Below are positions 27,754 to 38,743 of a DNA stretch of 64,000 nt, piece after piece (position 1 is the stretch's first letter; every line of letters starts with the position of its first letter). The stretch covers positions 5,856,001 to 5,920,000 of the forward strand of contig CAWIAD010000002.1 in NCBI GenBank assembly GCA_963833985.1. Direction: 5' to 3'. The stretch is from an uncultured Planctomycetaceae bacterium (GTDB lineage: Bacteria > Planctomycetota > Planctomycetia > Isosphaerales > Isosphaeraceae). The position numbers and the translations under genes are program-made. The notes below the pieces were generated by a model. It was given only the letters and a program-made list of their open reading frames with translations, was not told the DNA's origin and did no database searches.

Positions 27754-28800
27754 TCATCGCATGCTCAGCTTCTCGGCCAGTGCGCTCGCCTCTTCCAGCC
27801 AATTGTGAGCGTTCTCCGGCGGAGGCGACCAGTCGGGCGCCCATCCCAGCCATTGGAGCGCGAGATGGAGCCGGCAGTCGTCGAGGGCCAGGAGCAGGTC
27901 TTTGAACGGGAAAGCGGGCCAGCCCAGAGAGAGCAAGGCGTCGTGATAGGCGGCCGCCATTTCCGTCCGCTCGCGCTCGGCCCATGCTCCTGAGCTGAGT
28001 GCGGCCAGGTCGATGAGGCCGGGACCGACGGCCGCCATCTCCCAGTCCACCGGACGAATCCGACAACCATCTCCCGTCTCCTGGACGAGGATATTCGAAG
28101 CGTAGAACTCCCCATGGATCAATGTGGCAGGCAGCCGGTCCAGCCGTTCGATAGCCCGCCCATAGGTTTCGACCAGGGATTCCCGGACGGCCGGCGCCAG
28201 CCCGATGAAAAGACACGTCTCGGCGCGCTCAAGCCACAGCCGGTAGAACGCTGCATCGTAGCGTAGCAGGGGGGCGGACCGGCTGAGAGAGTCGCCTTTT
28301 CCTTTGAAGCGGAAATGCAAGTGTGCAAGCCATCGGGCCGCCTGCAACCAGAGAGTGCCGCCTCCCAGCTGGCTGAGCCTCACGCCCGGGATCTTCTCCA
28401 GGAGAAGCCAGTAGATCTCTTGATCCGGTTTCACGACTGCACCATAGTAATGCGCCGTGTCCAGGCCACCCCGAGCCAGTATCGCTTGATACGTCTGGAT
28501 TTCACGCAGTGGATCGTAAAGGAATCGGGGTTTGACCCGGCGAGCGAGCTCGTGGGCATTCTTCATTCCGAGATCCTTGAGCAGAAGCCGCAGGACCGAT
28601 GCATCGTCGAGCTCGAGCTCGAGTTCGACGAGATGGAAGCTGGTCCGGTCGACGCAAGGACGGCTCTCCAGCCGGATGATCGCCCCGAGATCCGGATGAT
28701 GGCGGTATAACAGGTCATCGAGCATGGACCGCAATTCCATGTCGGAAGCCGCGTGGTTCGCGTCGGGCGTCGGTTCCGGGAGGTGAGTGTCAACCGTCAT
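27754..28800 (-). CDS. APH/choline-kinase-family phosphotransferase
   Basis: LLLKD, REIQTY, WLLLEKIPG, LAHLH, LIHGEFYASNIL, VDWEMA, DLAAL. Confidence 0.85.
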   Translation of the reverse strand: MTVDTHLPEPTPDANHAASDMELRSMLDDLLYRHHPDLGAIIRLESRPCVDRTSFHLVELELELDDASVLRLLLKDLGMKNAHELARRVKPRFLYDPLREIQTYQAILARGGLDTAHYYGAVVKPDQEIYWLLLEKIPGVRLSQLGGGTLWLQAARWLAHLHFRFKGKGDSLSRSAPLLRYDAAFYRLWLERAETCLFIGLAPAVRESLVETYGRAIERLDRLPATLIHGEFYASNILVQETGDGCRIRPVDWEMAAVGPGLIDLAALSSGAWAERERTEMAAAYHDALLSLGWPAFPFKDLLLALDDCRLHLALQWLGWAPDWSPPPENAHNWLEEASALAEKLSMR

Positions 28801-28857
28801 TTCGCGGCCTCGAAAACAACATCCACGCAGCAATGAGGATCGATCCCTCGGAAGGCC

Positions 28858-30027
28858 TCAAGTCGAGTAGAGGCGGTCCAGGAGGCGACCGAGGACCTTT
28901 TTGGAGTCGAAAAACTCTGCGGCGATGTCGCGTGCCGCACGCGCGTGACGGGCGTAGTTCGCCCGGAGCTCCTTGATGGCGGCGAGTATATCCTCGGTCG
29001 ATTCGAATGCGAGCAGCCCCTCTCCGGACGGAACAAACTCGCTGAAGCCTGTCTCCTGGGCGAGGACCGGCCGGCCGGAAGCCAGGTAGCAGAGACTGCG
29101 ATCGCTGATCCAGCCGCAGCGCGAGTCCACGTAGCCGCTCTTGGCGATCCCGAACTCCGCCTTCGAGCCCTGAACGAACCGCCGATAATCGTCGGGCGTA
29201 CCAGCCACCTGCGCGGGGTCGACCAGCTGCCAGCCGTTTGCGGCCAGCGCCGCGAGGTCTTTATCTTCTTTCTGGTGAATGGCCAGTGCGAGCAGGAATT
29301 TCTCAGTGGTCCGCGCTGGCAAGCTGATGAACCGGCGGAGGGAATGGGCTTTCTGGCCGTACAGTCTGCCTGCATGCTCGATCGAGCCGTAACTCCGCCA
29401 GTGACCGACGGTGGTCAGCGCATCGTGAGTCATCCGGTGGGCCACGGGCCAGGATGACAGAACTACTGGTTGCAGGGAGGTGATCCAGGGGATCTCGCAG
29501 GTCGGCACGGGGCAATCCGGTCGGCCGACGCCCAGGCCGATCGTCACGAAATGCGTGTGGCAAAGAAGCGGTATCTCGCGGACGCGCGAGACATGCCACA
29601 GCTGGTTGAAAGCCGGGTCAAGGTCAAGATAAACGCGCCGCGGTATGTCGCCGGTGAGTTCCTCGTCGGTCAGCATGCCCGAGATATTGATGAGCACCTC
29701 GGCGGAGCGAGCGGCACGCTGAAGTTCCTCATAGGCAAGTCCGACTGTCTGCCGGGTTCCCGCGACCAGGAGGGCGGAATCCGCATCGAACCCGAATTGC
29801 TCCATGACCGCGTGGAAGTAGCGAGCGTTTCGTGTCCGATCCGGAGCGACCCCTGCGGGACTCAAGGCAGTCTCCGGGATGCTCTCGACGAAGACCGCCC
29901 TGTATCCCAGCTGTCGGAATCCCAGCAGATACTGAAGCACCGCCCAGGTCGCCCCTCCCTGGTACGGAACCGTGGCGATCATTCCGCTCAGGAGGATGGT
30001 GGGCGAACCCTTGCGGCATCGGTTCAT
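28858..30027 (-). CDS. GT-B-like glycosyltransferase of an uncharacterised family (paralog 4)
   Basis: GGATWAVLQYLLGF, YLDLDPAFNQ, AEFGIAK, GWISDRSLCYLASGRPVLAQETGF; start set to ATG 30027. Confidence 0.8.
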   Translation of the reverse strand: MNRCRKGSPTILLSGMIATVPYQGGATWAVLQYLLGFRQLGYRAVFVESIPETALSPAGVAPDRTRNARYFHAVMEQFGFDADSALLVAGTRQTVGLAYEELQRAARSAEVLINISGMLTDEELTGDIPRRVYLDLDPAFNQLWHVSRVREIPLLCHTHFVTIGLGVGRPDCPVPTCEIPWITSLQPVVLSSWPVAHRMTHDALTTVGHWRSYGSIEHAGRLYGQKAHSLRRFISLPARTTEKFLLALAIHQKEDKDLAALAANGWQLVDPAQVAGTPDDYRRFVQGSKAEFGIAKSGYVDSRCGWISDRSLCYLASGRPVLAQETGFSEFVPSGEGLLAFESTEDILAAIKELRANYARHARAARDIAAEFFDSKKVLGRLLDRLYST

Positions 30028-30031
30028 CTTC

Positions 30032-31188
30032 TCAGGCAACAAGACCTGTCTCCTCGAGTAACCGGCCGAGAACCCGATTCGAGTCGAAATACGTTTCGGC
30101 AATGGCGCGGGCGGCCTGGCTGTGCAGGCTGTAGTCGTGCGCAATTCTGTGGGCGCCGTCGCGAGCTTCCTCCATCGAGCGGAAGGCCAGCAGGCCCTCG
30201 GCCACGGGGTAGTTGTGGCTGAAACCGGTGTCCTGCACAAGCACCGGGCGGCCCGAAGCCAGGTAACGGACAGTGCGGTCGCTGAACCAGCCGCTTTGCG
30301 TCGTGACGTAGATTCCCTGGGCGACCGAGAATTCCGCTCCCGACGCCTGGACATATTCACGGAAGGCGATCGGTCCCGATGCCACGACCTTGGGGTCGAC
30401 GACGTGCCATCCGTGTTCTCGGAGTGCCGTCAGGTCCCGCTCATCGGCCGGATCGATGTCCAGTGCGATTTCGAATTTCAGGTCCACGCATTGAGGAAGC
30501 TTGACGAACCTTCGAAATTCATGGACCTTCAACCCATACGTCGTACCCGCGTACTGGACAGGACCATAGCGACCCCTCCAGCTCGCGATCGTGCTGAACG
30601 AATGGGCCTTCGGGGGGGCACACACGGGCCATTGCTCCAGCACCACCGGCTGCCGGATCGGCCGCCAGGAGATGCCGCCGGTCGGGATGGAGCAACCGGG
30701 CGCCCGATGTTCTCGCCGACGGTGTAATAGAAGTTGTGGCCCTCCAGATGCGGTCCCGAATCACCCATTGCATGCCAGAACTGAGTGTACCCTGGATCAA
30801 GGTCGATATAGATCTTGCAGGGGATCGCCCCCATCCGGGCGTGCGTCCAGTGACCGGTGATGTTCACGAGGGCGCTTGCGGAGCGTATCAGGTCATCCAG
30901 TTCGGTGGTTGTCAAACCCTGGGTTGGCCCGTCGTCGCAGACCAGCGTTGCCAGGTCGGAGAGGCCGAACTGCTCGGTCACTTCGCGGAAGTACTGCCGA
31001 TTGGCCGAGTCCTCGAACCTGCACGGGCGGCCCGTTGCGTCCACGCAGCTCTCCGCCCGGATCTGCTCGACGAACGCGACTTCCAGACCCAGCGACTTCA
31101 GTCCCAGCGCCCAGCTCAGGCGAGTCCAAGCTGCGCCACCGTTGTGCAGCTTGTTTGCCAGAGCACCGCTGACGAGGATGATAGCCAT
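30032..31188 (-). pseudogene. GT-B-like glycosyltransferase (paralog 3), frameshift at ~30696
   Basis: GGAAWTRLSWALG and DLDPGYTQ in ORF 30529..31188; GWFSDRTVRYLASGRPVLVQDTGF in ORF 30032..30646. Adding one G restores GRPGCSIPTG as in the paralogs. Confidence 0.8.
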
Positions 31189-31213
31189 GAAGATGGTGCC
31201 CCACGAAACGGGA

Positions 31214-32371
31214 TCAGGACATGCCCAGCTCTTGCAGGAGCCGAGTCAGAACTTTATCGGAATCGAAGTATGCCTCGGCCAGGGCCCGGGCCGCCCGCGC
31301 ATGCCGGTCGGCATGTCGAGTGATCTCCTCCACGCCCGCGACAGCCTCATCGAGAGTCGAAAAAGTGATCAGCCCCTCGCCCGTCGGGAAGTGTTGCGAA
31401 AAACCGGTCTCCTGAGCCAGCACGGGCTTGCCGCTCGCCAGGTAGCAGAGGCTCCGATCGCTCATCCAACCGCCGCGACTCCGCACGTAGAGATCTTTTG
31501 CGACAGAGAACTCGGCAAGCGAGCGACCAATGTAATTTCGATAGGCGAGCACATCGCCGGCGACGATCCGCGGATCCCTCAGTGTCCATCCGTTGCCGGA
31601 CAGGAGTGCCAGGTCCCTTGTCTCGGCCGGGTGAATGGCGAGCGCAAGCTCGAACGGGCGGCCGGTGAGCCCGGGCAGGGCCACGAACCGGCGGAACTGG
31701 TGCACGCGAAGCCCATAAGAATTCCCCTGGAACTCCACGGGCCCGTAGGCCCCGCGCCAGCTCGCGATCGTGGTGAACGACTCGCCGGCCACCTCGGAGC
31801 GAGGCCACCACTCAAGCACGACCGGCTGGGGGGTGACGATCCAGTCCAGTCCGCAGGTCGGGATCTGGCAGTCCGGCCGGCCGATATTCAGGCCGATGGT
31901 CACGTGGGCATTGTGGCCCGCGAATGGGCGATGCAAACCCAGCGTATCCCAGAACTGGCCGAAGCCCGGGTCGATGTCGAGGAAGACTCGCTTCGAGGCA
32001 TGGCCAAGGATTTCTTCATCCCGGAGATAGCCCATGATATTCAGGAGCGCGGCGGACTGTCCCACGCGCTCGAGGAGCTGTGGTCGGGGAATGCCGATCA
32101 GGCTGTCGCCATCCGGACCGGTCAGGACGTAATCATCCTCCAGCCCGAAGACCCGCACGACGTCCCGCACGTATCGAAGGTTGCCCGAAACATCGAATGC
32201 ACAATTCGCTCCGCTCTCGTCGCCGCACCGGGCAGGTTCAAGAGAATCGATGAAGAGCGTCCTCCAGCCGAGTCGCCGGAAACCGAGCAGATACTGGAGC
32301 AGCGCCCAGGTGTGGCCCGCGATTCCGGGCTTCTGCGCCAGTGCACCGGCAATCACGAGGGAGTGGGGCAT
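31214..32371 (-). CDS. GT-B-like glycosyltransferase (paralog 2)
   Basis: AGHTWALLQYLLGF, DIDPGFGQ, AEFSVAK, GWMSDRSLCYLASGKPVLAQETGF. Confidence 0.82.
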   Translation of the reverse strand: MPHSLVIAGALAQKPGIAGHTWALLQYLLGFRRLGWRTLFIDSLEPARCGDESGANCAFDVSGNLRYVRDVVRVFGLEDDYVLTGPDGDSLIGIPRPQLLERVGQSAALLNIMGYLRDEEILGHASKRVFLDIDPGFGQFWDTLGLHRPFAGHNAHVTIGLNIGRPDCQIPTCGLDWIVTPQPVVLEWWPRSEVAGESFTTIASWRGAYGPVEFQGNSYGLRVHQFRRFVALPGLTGRPFELALAIHPAETRDLALLSGNGWTLRDPRIVAGDVLAYRNYIGRSLAEFSVAKDLYVRSRGGWMSDRSLCYLASGKPVLAQETGFSQHFPTGEGLITFSTLDEAVAGVEEITRHADRHARAARALAEAYFDSDKVLTRLLQELGMS

Positions 32372-33210
32372 TATTCGTCCGACGCCGATGTGAAATCCTC
32401 GATCCCTGGGGCGGGTTGTGTCACCCTGGTGTGATCACCCGCACGAAGGAGCCACGATTCGGGGACTGCGCCGCTGGTCTCGGCCGATTCTTCTGGACGC
32501 ATCTCTTCAGGAGGTTCGCGAGGAGCCACTTTCCTCAGGATGGCGATCACCTCCGAGCCGTTCCGACCAAAACTTTCGATGTGGAACGGTGAGCCCAGGT
32601 AGAGATTGACGTCTTCAAGAAACGACCGCCAATGACTTTCATCCCAGACATGAAAATGAATGCTGTAATTTATGGACATCAAGTGCTGGACACGGTGCTC
32701 AATTGCTTCGGGCTCGGACACCTTGTCCGTCAGGGTCACCCATTCGTAGAAGTGCTCCAGGCGGGATGCCATCGGGCCCTCGCGGTCGTCCCGGACGAGG
32801 TGTTCGAAGGCGGTGATCGGCCGATCACGATCGAAGCAATCCCACTTGTCCGGCACGGCGTAGAAGAGCACGCCGCCGTCCCGAAGCTTGCGGAGGTGGT
32901 TGCGAATGGTCCCGATCGGGTTCTCGGTGTGCTCGAGCAGATGATTGGCGATGATGAAATCCAGCTCGCCATCCTCGATCGAGGCGAGGACCTCGGCGTC
33001 GTCGATCAAGTCGATGGGGACGATTTCGACACCGTCGAGTTCGGGATAATGCCGGCGCAATCCCGCGACATCCATGCGATCGACGTATCGCACCGTGGCC
33101 CTCTCGCTGGTCGAGAGAGGCTCGTGGAGTGCACCAAGTTCAACGCCGGATCCCGCGAGGTATCGTTCGCTCAGTTCGCGCCTCGTGGTCCGCATCTGCT
33201 CCGGTAGCAT
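32371..33210 (-). CDS. Class I SAM-dependent methyltransferase
   Basis: GVELGALHEP, YVD, LDFIIANHLLEH, LRDGGVLFYAVPD; RBS GGAGG before ATG 33210. Confidence 0.8.
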   Translation of the reverse strand: MLPEQMRTTRRELSERYLAGSGVELGALHEPLSTSERATVRYVDRMDVAGLRRHYPELDGVEIVPIDLIDDAEVLASIEDGELDFIIANHLLEHTENPIGTIRNHLRKLRDGGVLFYAVPDKWDCFDRDRPITAFEHLVRDDREGPMASRLEHFYEWVTLTDKVSEPEAIEHRVQHLMSINYSIHFHVWDESHWRSFLEDVNLYLGSPFHIESFGRNGSEVIAILRKVAPREPPEEMRPEESAETSGAVPESWLLRAGDHTRVTQPAPGIEDFTSASDE

Positions 33211-33362
33211 TTCGCCTCCAATCGCTGTGAGAGCGGACACCGCCAGCGAGAGCTCCCGGTTCGCGGGAGGCGACTCGGTCGATCGCCGAGAACCGTCGCT
33301 CCCGGCGGGCGGAACAAGATGCCGTTGATCAACGACCTCGGAACGCGTGCTTATGATTCATT

Positions 33363-34600
33363 CTAGCCGAGATCCTCGAGTTCGAACAAACGCCGGGTAC
33401 CGCTCAGGTCGACGTTGGTACCGGCAATCCGGATCGCGACGAGGTGCTTGCGCCCATCCCTCAATTCCGTGGGGATCGGATAGACGAAGCCGTGTCGCCC
33501 GTCTCCCTTGCCGGCCCGCAGCAGGTCCGGGCGGAGGCGATCGGCTGCCACGGTCGCGAGCGGGCGGTCCCCGTCGAAAATAGTGACCTCGAGGGGAATG
33601 TTGGGCCGGCCGGCATCCCAGGCCCAGCCCATGATCGTCCGGCCATCATCGGGATCGTGGACACCCTCGTAGACCGGCGACGCCGCCGGGCGCAGGCCGG
33701 CTCGATAATACGGGACAGCCACGGAATGAGCTCGTGCAGCAACTTGTAGGATTGGAGGCCGACGGATGTGCGTCGGCCGACGATCCCCAGGCAGCCCCCG
33801 ACGAAAGCGGCCGTGTAATCCGGGTCCTGTTCCCGGAGGATCGAGGCAATGACGCCTGCTGGTCCCTTCCGCTCGACAATCTTCCCGTCCCGGATGTAAC
33901 CCGGCAGGAACTCGTGCGAGAAGATCACCCCTCTGGGATCGAGAAAGGGCAGGCAGGGTTTGAGTAAGTCCTTGCTGGACGACACGAGGTCGACGTCCAT
34001 CCACAACAGCGCCAGTTGGCGGTCCCAACCCCTGAGGGTGTTCGCGTACCAACCTTCGACGAACTCAACGCGGTCCATCTCGCCAAAGGTGCGAAGATTC
34101 TGCTCGACTTCCGGCCGCGAGCCGGCGAAGTCACCGACCTGATAGGACTTCCCCTTGCCCACGTCGTCATCGTCGGGCGGCAGCCCGGCGAAGGAGTCCG
34201 CAATCACGAAGGAGTAGCCCAGTCGTCGGCACGCACGCGACAAGCAGCAGCTCGAGTACCCCTTGAAGCAGCCGCACTCCAGAACGTGACCCTTCACACC
34301 GTGGCTCTGAAGGATGAACAGTTGATTGGCAATCGCCAGCATTTCCTCTGGGGTCGTGGCGACGCAGAGGCTGTCCTTTACGCCCCCCCGCGACGATCTC
34401 ACCCGCGGGAACAGCGAGCGAATCACCCCGAACGCCGCGTATTCGATGGCGAGGAAGGCGAGCCATTCGCGCACGCACTGATGATCCAACCCCTCCGGGG
34501 ACATCAACCAGGCCGCCGTCGCGGCGATGTCCCGCCCCTCCCACCCCGATGATCGTCCGCGGATCACGGCGGCAACAGGTCGAGGAACAAGATCAAGCAT
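33363..34600 (-). pseudogene. TylF/MycF-like O-methyltransferase with C-terminal Ig-like domain, frameshift at ~33690
   Basis: VLECGCFKGYS, DSFAGLP, VEGWY..TL, LLWMDVD in ORF 33461..34600; IMGWAWD...ADRLRPDL..AGKGDGRHGF in ORF 33363..34052. Confidence 0.78.
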
Positions 34601-34792
34601 TCGATCACCTCGTGATGTGAAAACCTTGCCAACATCGACAACCTGGGAGGAGGTCTACGAGTCCAGATTCCTCTTCAGAGCATCGTTCATCGAGATCATC
34701 CCTGGCGATCCGGCGACGACTGTTGCACCACCAACACCGCGGTCTCTGTGCTCTGGAAGGGCGACGCGACCGCGACTGCTCCGTGGCTTGAC

Positions 34793-37700
34793 TCATTCTC
34801 GCCAGGCGTGATCGCCAGGCGTGGTGGAAAGCTGGAAGATCTGGCAACTCGGGTCGCTACAGATGCAAGGGTAGTGCAATTCCAGATACTTTCGGAAATC
34901 TCCGTAGAAGCCCAGCCACCAGAACGCTGTACTGGGGAACAGCAGGTAATCCGCTCCCTTGCGCCGTACGTCCTCGAGGTGGGCAATCGCCTGCCAGCTA
35001 TCGGCCGGATGATAGCCTGCGTAGACACCGGCTATGGTCTGGGGGAAATGCCACCCTTGCCGAGGACCCAGCTCCAGCAACATGTCGTCGCCTCGACTGA
35101 CCACGACGACAACCGAGCCCGTCGGCAGCTCCGCGTCGACGACTTCACGGATCCGGCGGCGGACCTGAGGGTAACTGGTCCGTTTGGGACGATACCCGTT
35201 GACCCGTTCGGGGGCGGTGACGGCGTGCAGCGACGCAGTTGAAAGCGGCCCCGCACGATCGCGGTTCGCGGGCGGGGCGTCCCGCTCAGGGGATGGTCGC
35301 GCGGTCTGTTGTTCAAGCCGGGCGGAGAGGTCATTGAATCGCTCACTTTGTCGCCCTTCCCCATCCTGGATTTGCCTTCCGAGCTGGAAGGTCCTTATCA
35401 CCGATTCAATGTGAGCCTCCGGCGAGATGGCCGGGGGAGAATCAGCGGCCTGTTCCGGAGCGACCTGGCCCTTCGGCCCCAGGGTCGGGGCCACTTCCAT
35501 CTGCGGCACGTTGCGCACGGTGGGAAGTCCGCCTTCGATCAGGCCGAGCCGTTTCGCGATGGTCGGGGCATTGAAGTTCAGCGAGTAGTCTTCGGCATCG
35601 CGGGTCAGGTTGGGGTTGTAGAAGGGGTCGTGGCGGATCACAGCGGCCCAGCGGCGGCGCATGTAGTCCTCCTCGCCGGGATTGGAGTGCATGGTCCGCG
35701 TGGCCGACTCGTGGTGGAAGAGGACGGCGTGCGGCGTGTAGACGACCCAGTAGCCGCGCTCGCGGATCCGCAGGCACATGTCCACGTCGTTGAAGGCGAC
35801 GGCGAGGTTGCGCGTGTCGAGCCCGCCGACCTCGTCGAAGACCGACCGCCTCATCATGGCGCAGGCGAAGGTGACGGCGCTACAGTTGCGGATGCAGCGA
35901 GCGAGAGCGAAGTACCCGGGATCGTCCTCGGAAAGATGCCTGAAGGCGTGCCCGCAGCTCTTGTCAGGCCCCATGATGACGCCGGCGTGCTGGATGCTCC
36001 GGTCGGGGTAGAGGAGCTGGGCGCCGACGACGCCGACCTCGGGCCGCTGGGCATGCTCGAGCATCGCCTCGACCCAATCGGGGGTGATCACGGTGATGTC
36101 GTCGTTGAGCAGGACAACGTACGGGGTGTCGACCTGGGACACGGCGGAGTTGTTGACAGCCGCGTAGTTGAACGGCTTGAGCCGGAAGCGCCGGTACCGC
36201 AACCGCGGGTCCCGCCTGGCCAGGGCGCGGCAATGGTCGGCGACCTCCGTGCCGTCGGAGTCGTCGGTGACCAGGACGCGAAGGTTCGGGTAGGTCGATC
36301 GCTCCAGGACGCTCCCCAGGCACGGCCGGAGGAACTCCATGTTGCCGCCGGTCGGGATCACCAGGGTGACGGCCGGCTGGCCGCGCAGGTCATAGCGAAC
36401 GCGCCAGCGGCCCGGGACGCAGCCGGGTTCGACGTGCCCCGCCACCCCGCGCCTCCGCAGCGCGTCGTCGATGGCGCGGTGCGCGGCGTCCGTGGCATAC
36501 GGCTTCGCCGTGCTGTCACGAGCGGTCGAGCCCGGGATCGCGCGCGAGGAGTAGAGGATGCTGGGGATATGGACGATCCGGTCGGTCTGCTCGGTGATAC
36601 GCAGGACCAGGTCCCAGTCCTGGCTCCCGTCATACTCGGGGCGAAAGCGACCAACGGCCTCGACCAGCGATCGCCGGTAGACGCCGAAGTGGCAGATATA
36701 GTTGCAGGAAAACAGCAGGTCAGGGGACCAATCGGGCTTGAAGAATGGGGCCCATCGATCCCTGCCCGTGTCGTCCACGAAGTCCTCGTCCGAGTAGATG
36801 AGGTCGATCTCCGGAGCGTCGTTGAGGGCACGGGCCACCTCGAAGAGGGCGTGCGGCATCAGGAGATCATCGGAGTCCAGCAGCCCGATGAACTCCCCCG
36901 TGGCGAGGGCCAACGCGGCGTTGCTGTGGCCGGCGATCCCCAGGTTCTGGGCCAGATGAACAACCTTGACGCGCGCGTCTTGCTCGGCCAGCCGGTCGAG
37001 GAAAGGCCGCACGTGGGGGGCCGTGGAACCGCCATTGGCCAGGCAGAGTTCCCACCGGCCGTAGGTCTGGGCCATGACCGAGTTCGCCATCGGGCCCAGA
37101 TAGTCCTCCGGCGTGTTGTAGACGGGGACCACCAGACTGATGACGGGCTGGTAAGGGAGGTCCATTGCAGCGATCCGCATCCTGGCCAGGTCGGATTCGG
37201 TCGGCATCCGCTCGGCCAGCCAGTCCGGGTATTCCGCATTGAGATCCGCTCGATTGGGTCCGGCAAGGGGGTCGAGCCGGAATGAGCGGTTTAGCTCGAG
37301 CTGACCGCCGTCGCGGCCCCGGACGCGGACGACCAGCGAGTGCTCGCCCTCCGCCAGGCCCTCGAGGTCGATCTTGCCGACGAAGCCGGAGCGATCGGCA
37401 TCCGGGAAGTCGGGATGTGACGCCTCGACGTCGAGACGCGTGGCGCCGTAGACGACCCCCTCGCGCGGGAGGCCGTCGACGACGAGCGTGACCTCCGCGA
37501 CGCCAGCCTTCGAGAGGGCCCAGCCCCTGACCCGCAGGTGGCCGGGGCCGACGGTCACCAGGTGTGGCCCGGGCGTGTCGCAAACCGCCAGGATGGAGTC
37601 GGGCTCCGGGTATTCCGCATTGAGATCCGCTCGATTGGGTCCGGCAAGGGGGTCGAGCCGGAAAGAGCGGTTCAGCTCGAGCTGGCCGCCGTCGCGGCCC

Positions 37701-38743
37701 CGGACGCGGACGACCAGCGAATGCTCGCCCTCCGCCAGGCCTTCGAGGTCGACCTTGCCGACGAAGCCGGAGCGATCGGCATCCGGAAAGTCGGGATGTG
37801 ACGCCTCGACGTCGAGGCGCGTGGCGCCGTAGACGACCCCCTCGCGCGGGAGGCCGTCGACGAGGAGCGTGACCTCCGCGACGCCAGCCTTCGAGAGGGC
37901 CCAGCCCCTGACCCGCAGGTGGCCGGGACCGACGGTCACCAGGTGTGGCCCGGGCGTGTCGCAAACCGCCACGATGGAGCCGGGCTCCGGGCCGGGTGGT
38001 TCCGGCACCGCCTCTGTCGGCAGCAAGGCGCCCGGCTCCTGGGGCGACGAGGCAGGCTGCTCGTCGGCCCCGGCCGGCGCCCGATCCAGATCGCGCAGCA
38101 GGTTGGAGATGGGCCGCATCCTCTGGGCCATCGCCTGGATCAATCGCCGATGCCGGTCCAGGCCATGCCGCTCGGCGAGCGAGGCGCGCTCCTCCAGCCG
38201 GGCCAGGGCCGCCTCCCAGGCAGCGCGGTCGGCCTCCAGCGCCCGGTGCAGCTCGGCGCGTAACTCGGCGGCGAGCTGCTCGTGGGCCGCGGCCATCTGA
38301 TCCTGAAGCTCGGCGAGCGGCCCGCGCTGGGGGTTGTGCTCGGCGATCGCCGCAGGTTGCGGGCGATCCGCCGGGGAAGAGCACTTGTCCTGCCCGTCCA
38401 GGGCGGCCCGGAACTCGGCCCGCGCGGCGGTCCGGGCCTCGAGCGGGACCTGGTCGTGGCCACTCGACCGGCGGTCGTCCCGGCTTGGGGGCTGGTCCCA
38501 TCCGGCTGGGGTCAATAGCCTGGGTTCGGCGGCCGGCGGGTCGGACGGCTCGCGTAGACCCGCTCGGGGCGGGCGCGTGCCCTCGCGCCGGGGGTGGCCC
38601 ATAACCATCGACTGGCCACCGACCTCCGGTCGCGGTTCGATCGATGAACGGGGCGCGAGCGGGCCGGTGAGGATACCGTTGTCGTGCCCGGGCGTAACCA
38701 GGACGACAGAGTTTTCCGGGGGGTTGCGAGCTTCATCGGTCAT
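34793..38743 (-). CDS. Multidomain glycosyltransferase: two Ig-like domains + two GT2 domains + C-terminal conserved unknown domain
   Basis: ISLVVPVYNTP, LLDSDD, YSDED, FKPDWSPD, GSQDWD; second GT2 LLNDD, SAVTFAC, NDVDMCLR, DPFYNPNL; RBS GGAGG before ATG 38743. Confidence 0.9.
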   Translation of the reverse strand: MTDEARNPPENSVVLVTPGHDNGILTGPLAPRSSIEPRPEVGGQSMVMGHPRREGTRPPRAGLREPSDPPAAEPRLLTPAGWDQPPSRDDRRSSGHDQVPLEARTAARAEFRAALDGQDKCSSPADRPQPAAIAEHNPQRGPLAELQDQMAAAHEQLAAELRAELHRALEADRAAWEAALARLEERASLAERHGLDRHRRLIQAMAQRMRPISNLLRDLDRAPAGADEQPASSPQEPGALLPTEAVPEPPGPEPGSIVAVCDTPGPHLVTVGPGHLRVRGWALSKAGVAEVTLLVDGLPREGVVYGATRLDVEASHPDFPDADRSGFVGKVDLEGLAEGEHSLVVRVRGRDGGQLELNRSFRLDPLAGPNRADLNAEYPEPDSILAVCDTPGPHLVTVGPGHLRVRGWALSKAGVAEVTLVVDGLPREGVVYGATRLDVEASHPDFPDADRSGFVGKIDLEGLAEGEHSLVVRVRGRDGGQLELNRSFRLDPLAGPNRADLNAEYPDWLAERMPTESDLARMRIAAMDLPYQPVISLVVPVYNTPEDYLGPMANSVMAQTYGRWELCLANGGSTAPHVRPFLDRLAEQDARVKVVHLAQNLGIAGHSNAALALATGEFIGLLDSDDLLMPHALFEVARALNDAPEIDLIYSDEDFVDDTGRDRWAPFFKPDWSPDLLFSCNYICHFGVYRRSLVEAVGRFRPEYDGSQDWDLVLRITEQTDRIVHIPSILYSSRAIPGSTARDSTAKPYATDAAHRAIDDALRRRGVAGHVEPGCVPGRWRVRYDLRGQPAVTLVIPTGGNMEFLRPCLGSVLERSTYPNLRVLVTDDSDGTEVADHCRALARRDPRLRYRRFRLKPFNYAAVNNSAVSQVDTPYVVLLNDDITVITPDWVEAMLEHAQRPEVGVVGAQLLYPDRSIQHAGVIMGPDKSCGHAFRHLSEDDPGYFALARCIRNCSAVTFACAMMRRSVFDEVGGLDTRNLAVAFNDVDMCLRIRERGYWVVYTPHAVLFHHESATRTMHSNPGEEDYMRRRWAAVIRHDPFYNPNLTRDAEDYSLNFNAPTIAKRLGLIEGGLPTVRNVPQMEVAPTLGPKGQVAPEQAADSPPAISPEAHIESVIRTFQLGRQIQDGEGRQSERFNDLSARLEQQTARPSPERDAPPANRDRAGPLSTASLHAVTAPERVNGYRPKRTSYPQVRRRIREVVDAELPTGSVVVVVSRGDDMLLELGPRQGWHFPQTIAGVYAGYHPADSWQAIAHLEDVRRKGADYLLFPSTAFWWLGFYGDFRKYLELHYPCICSDPSCQIFQLSTTPGDHAWRE

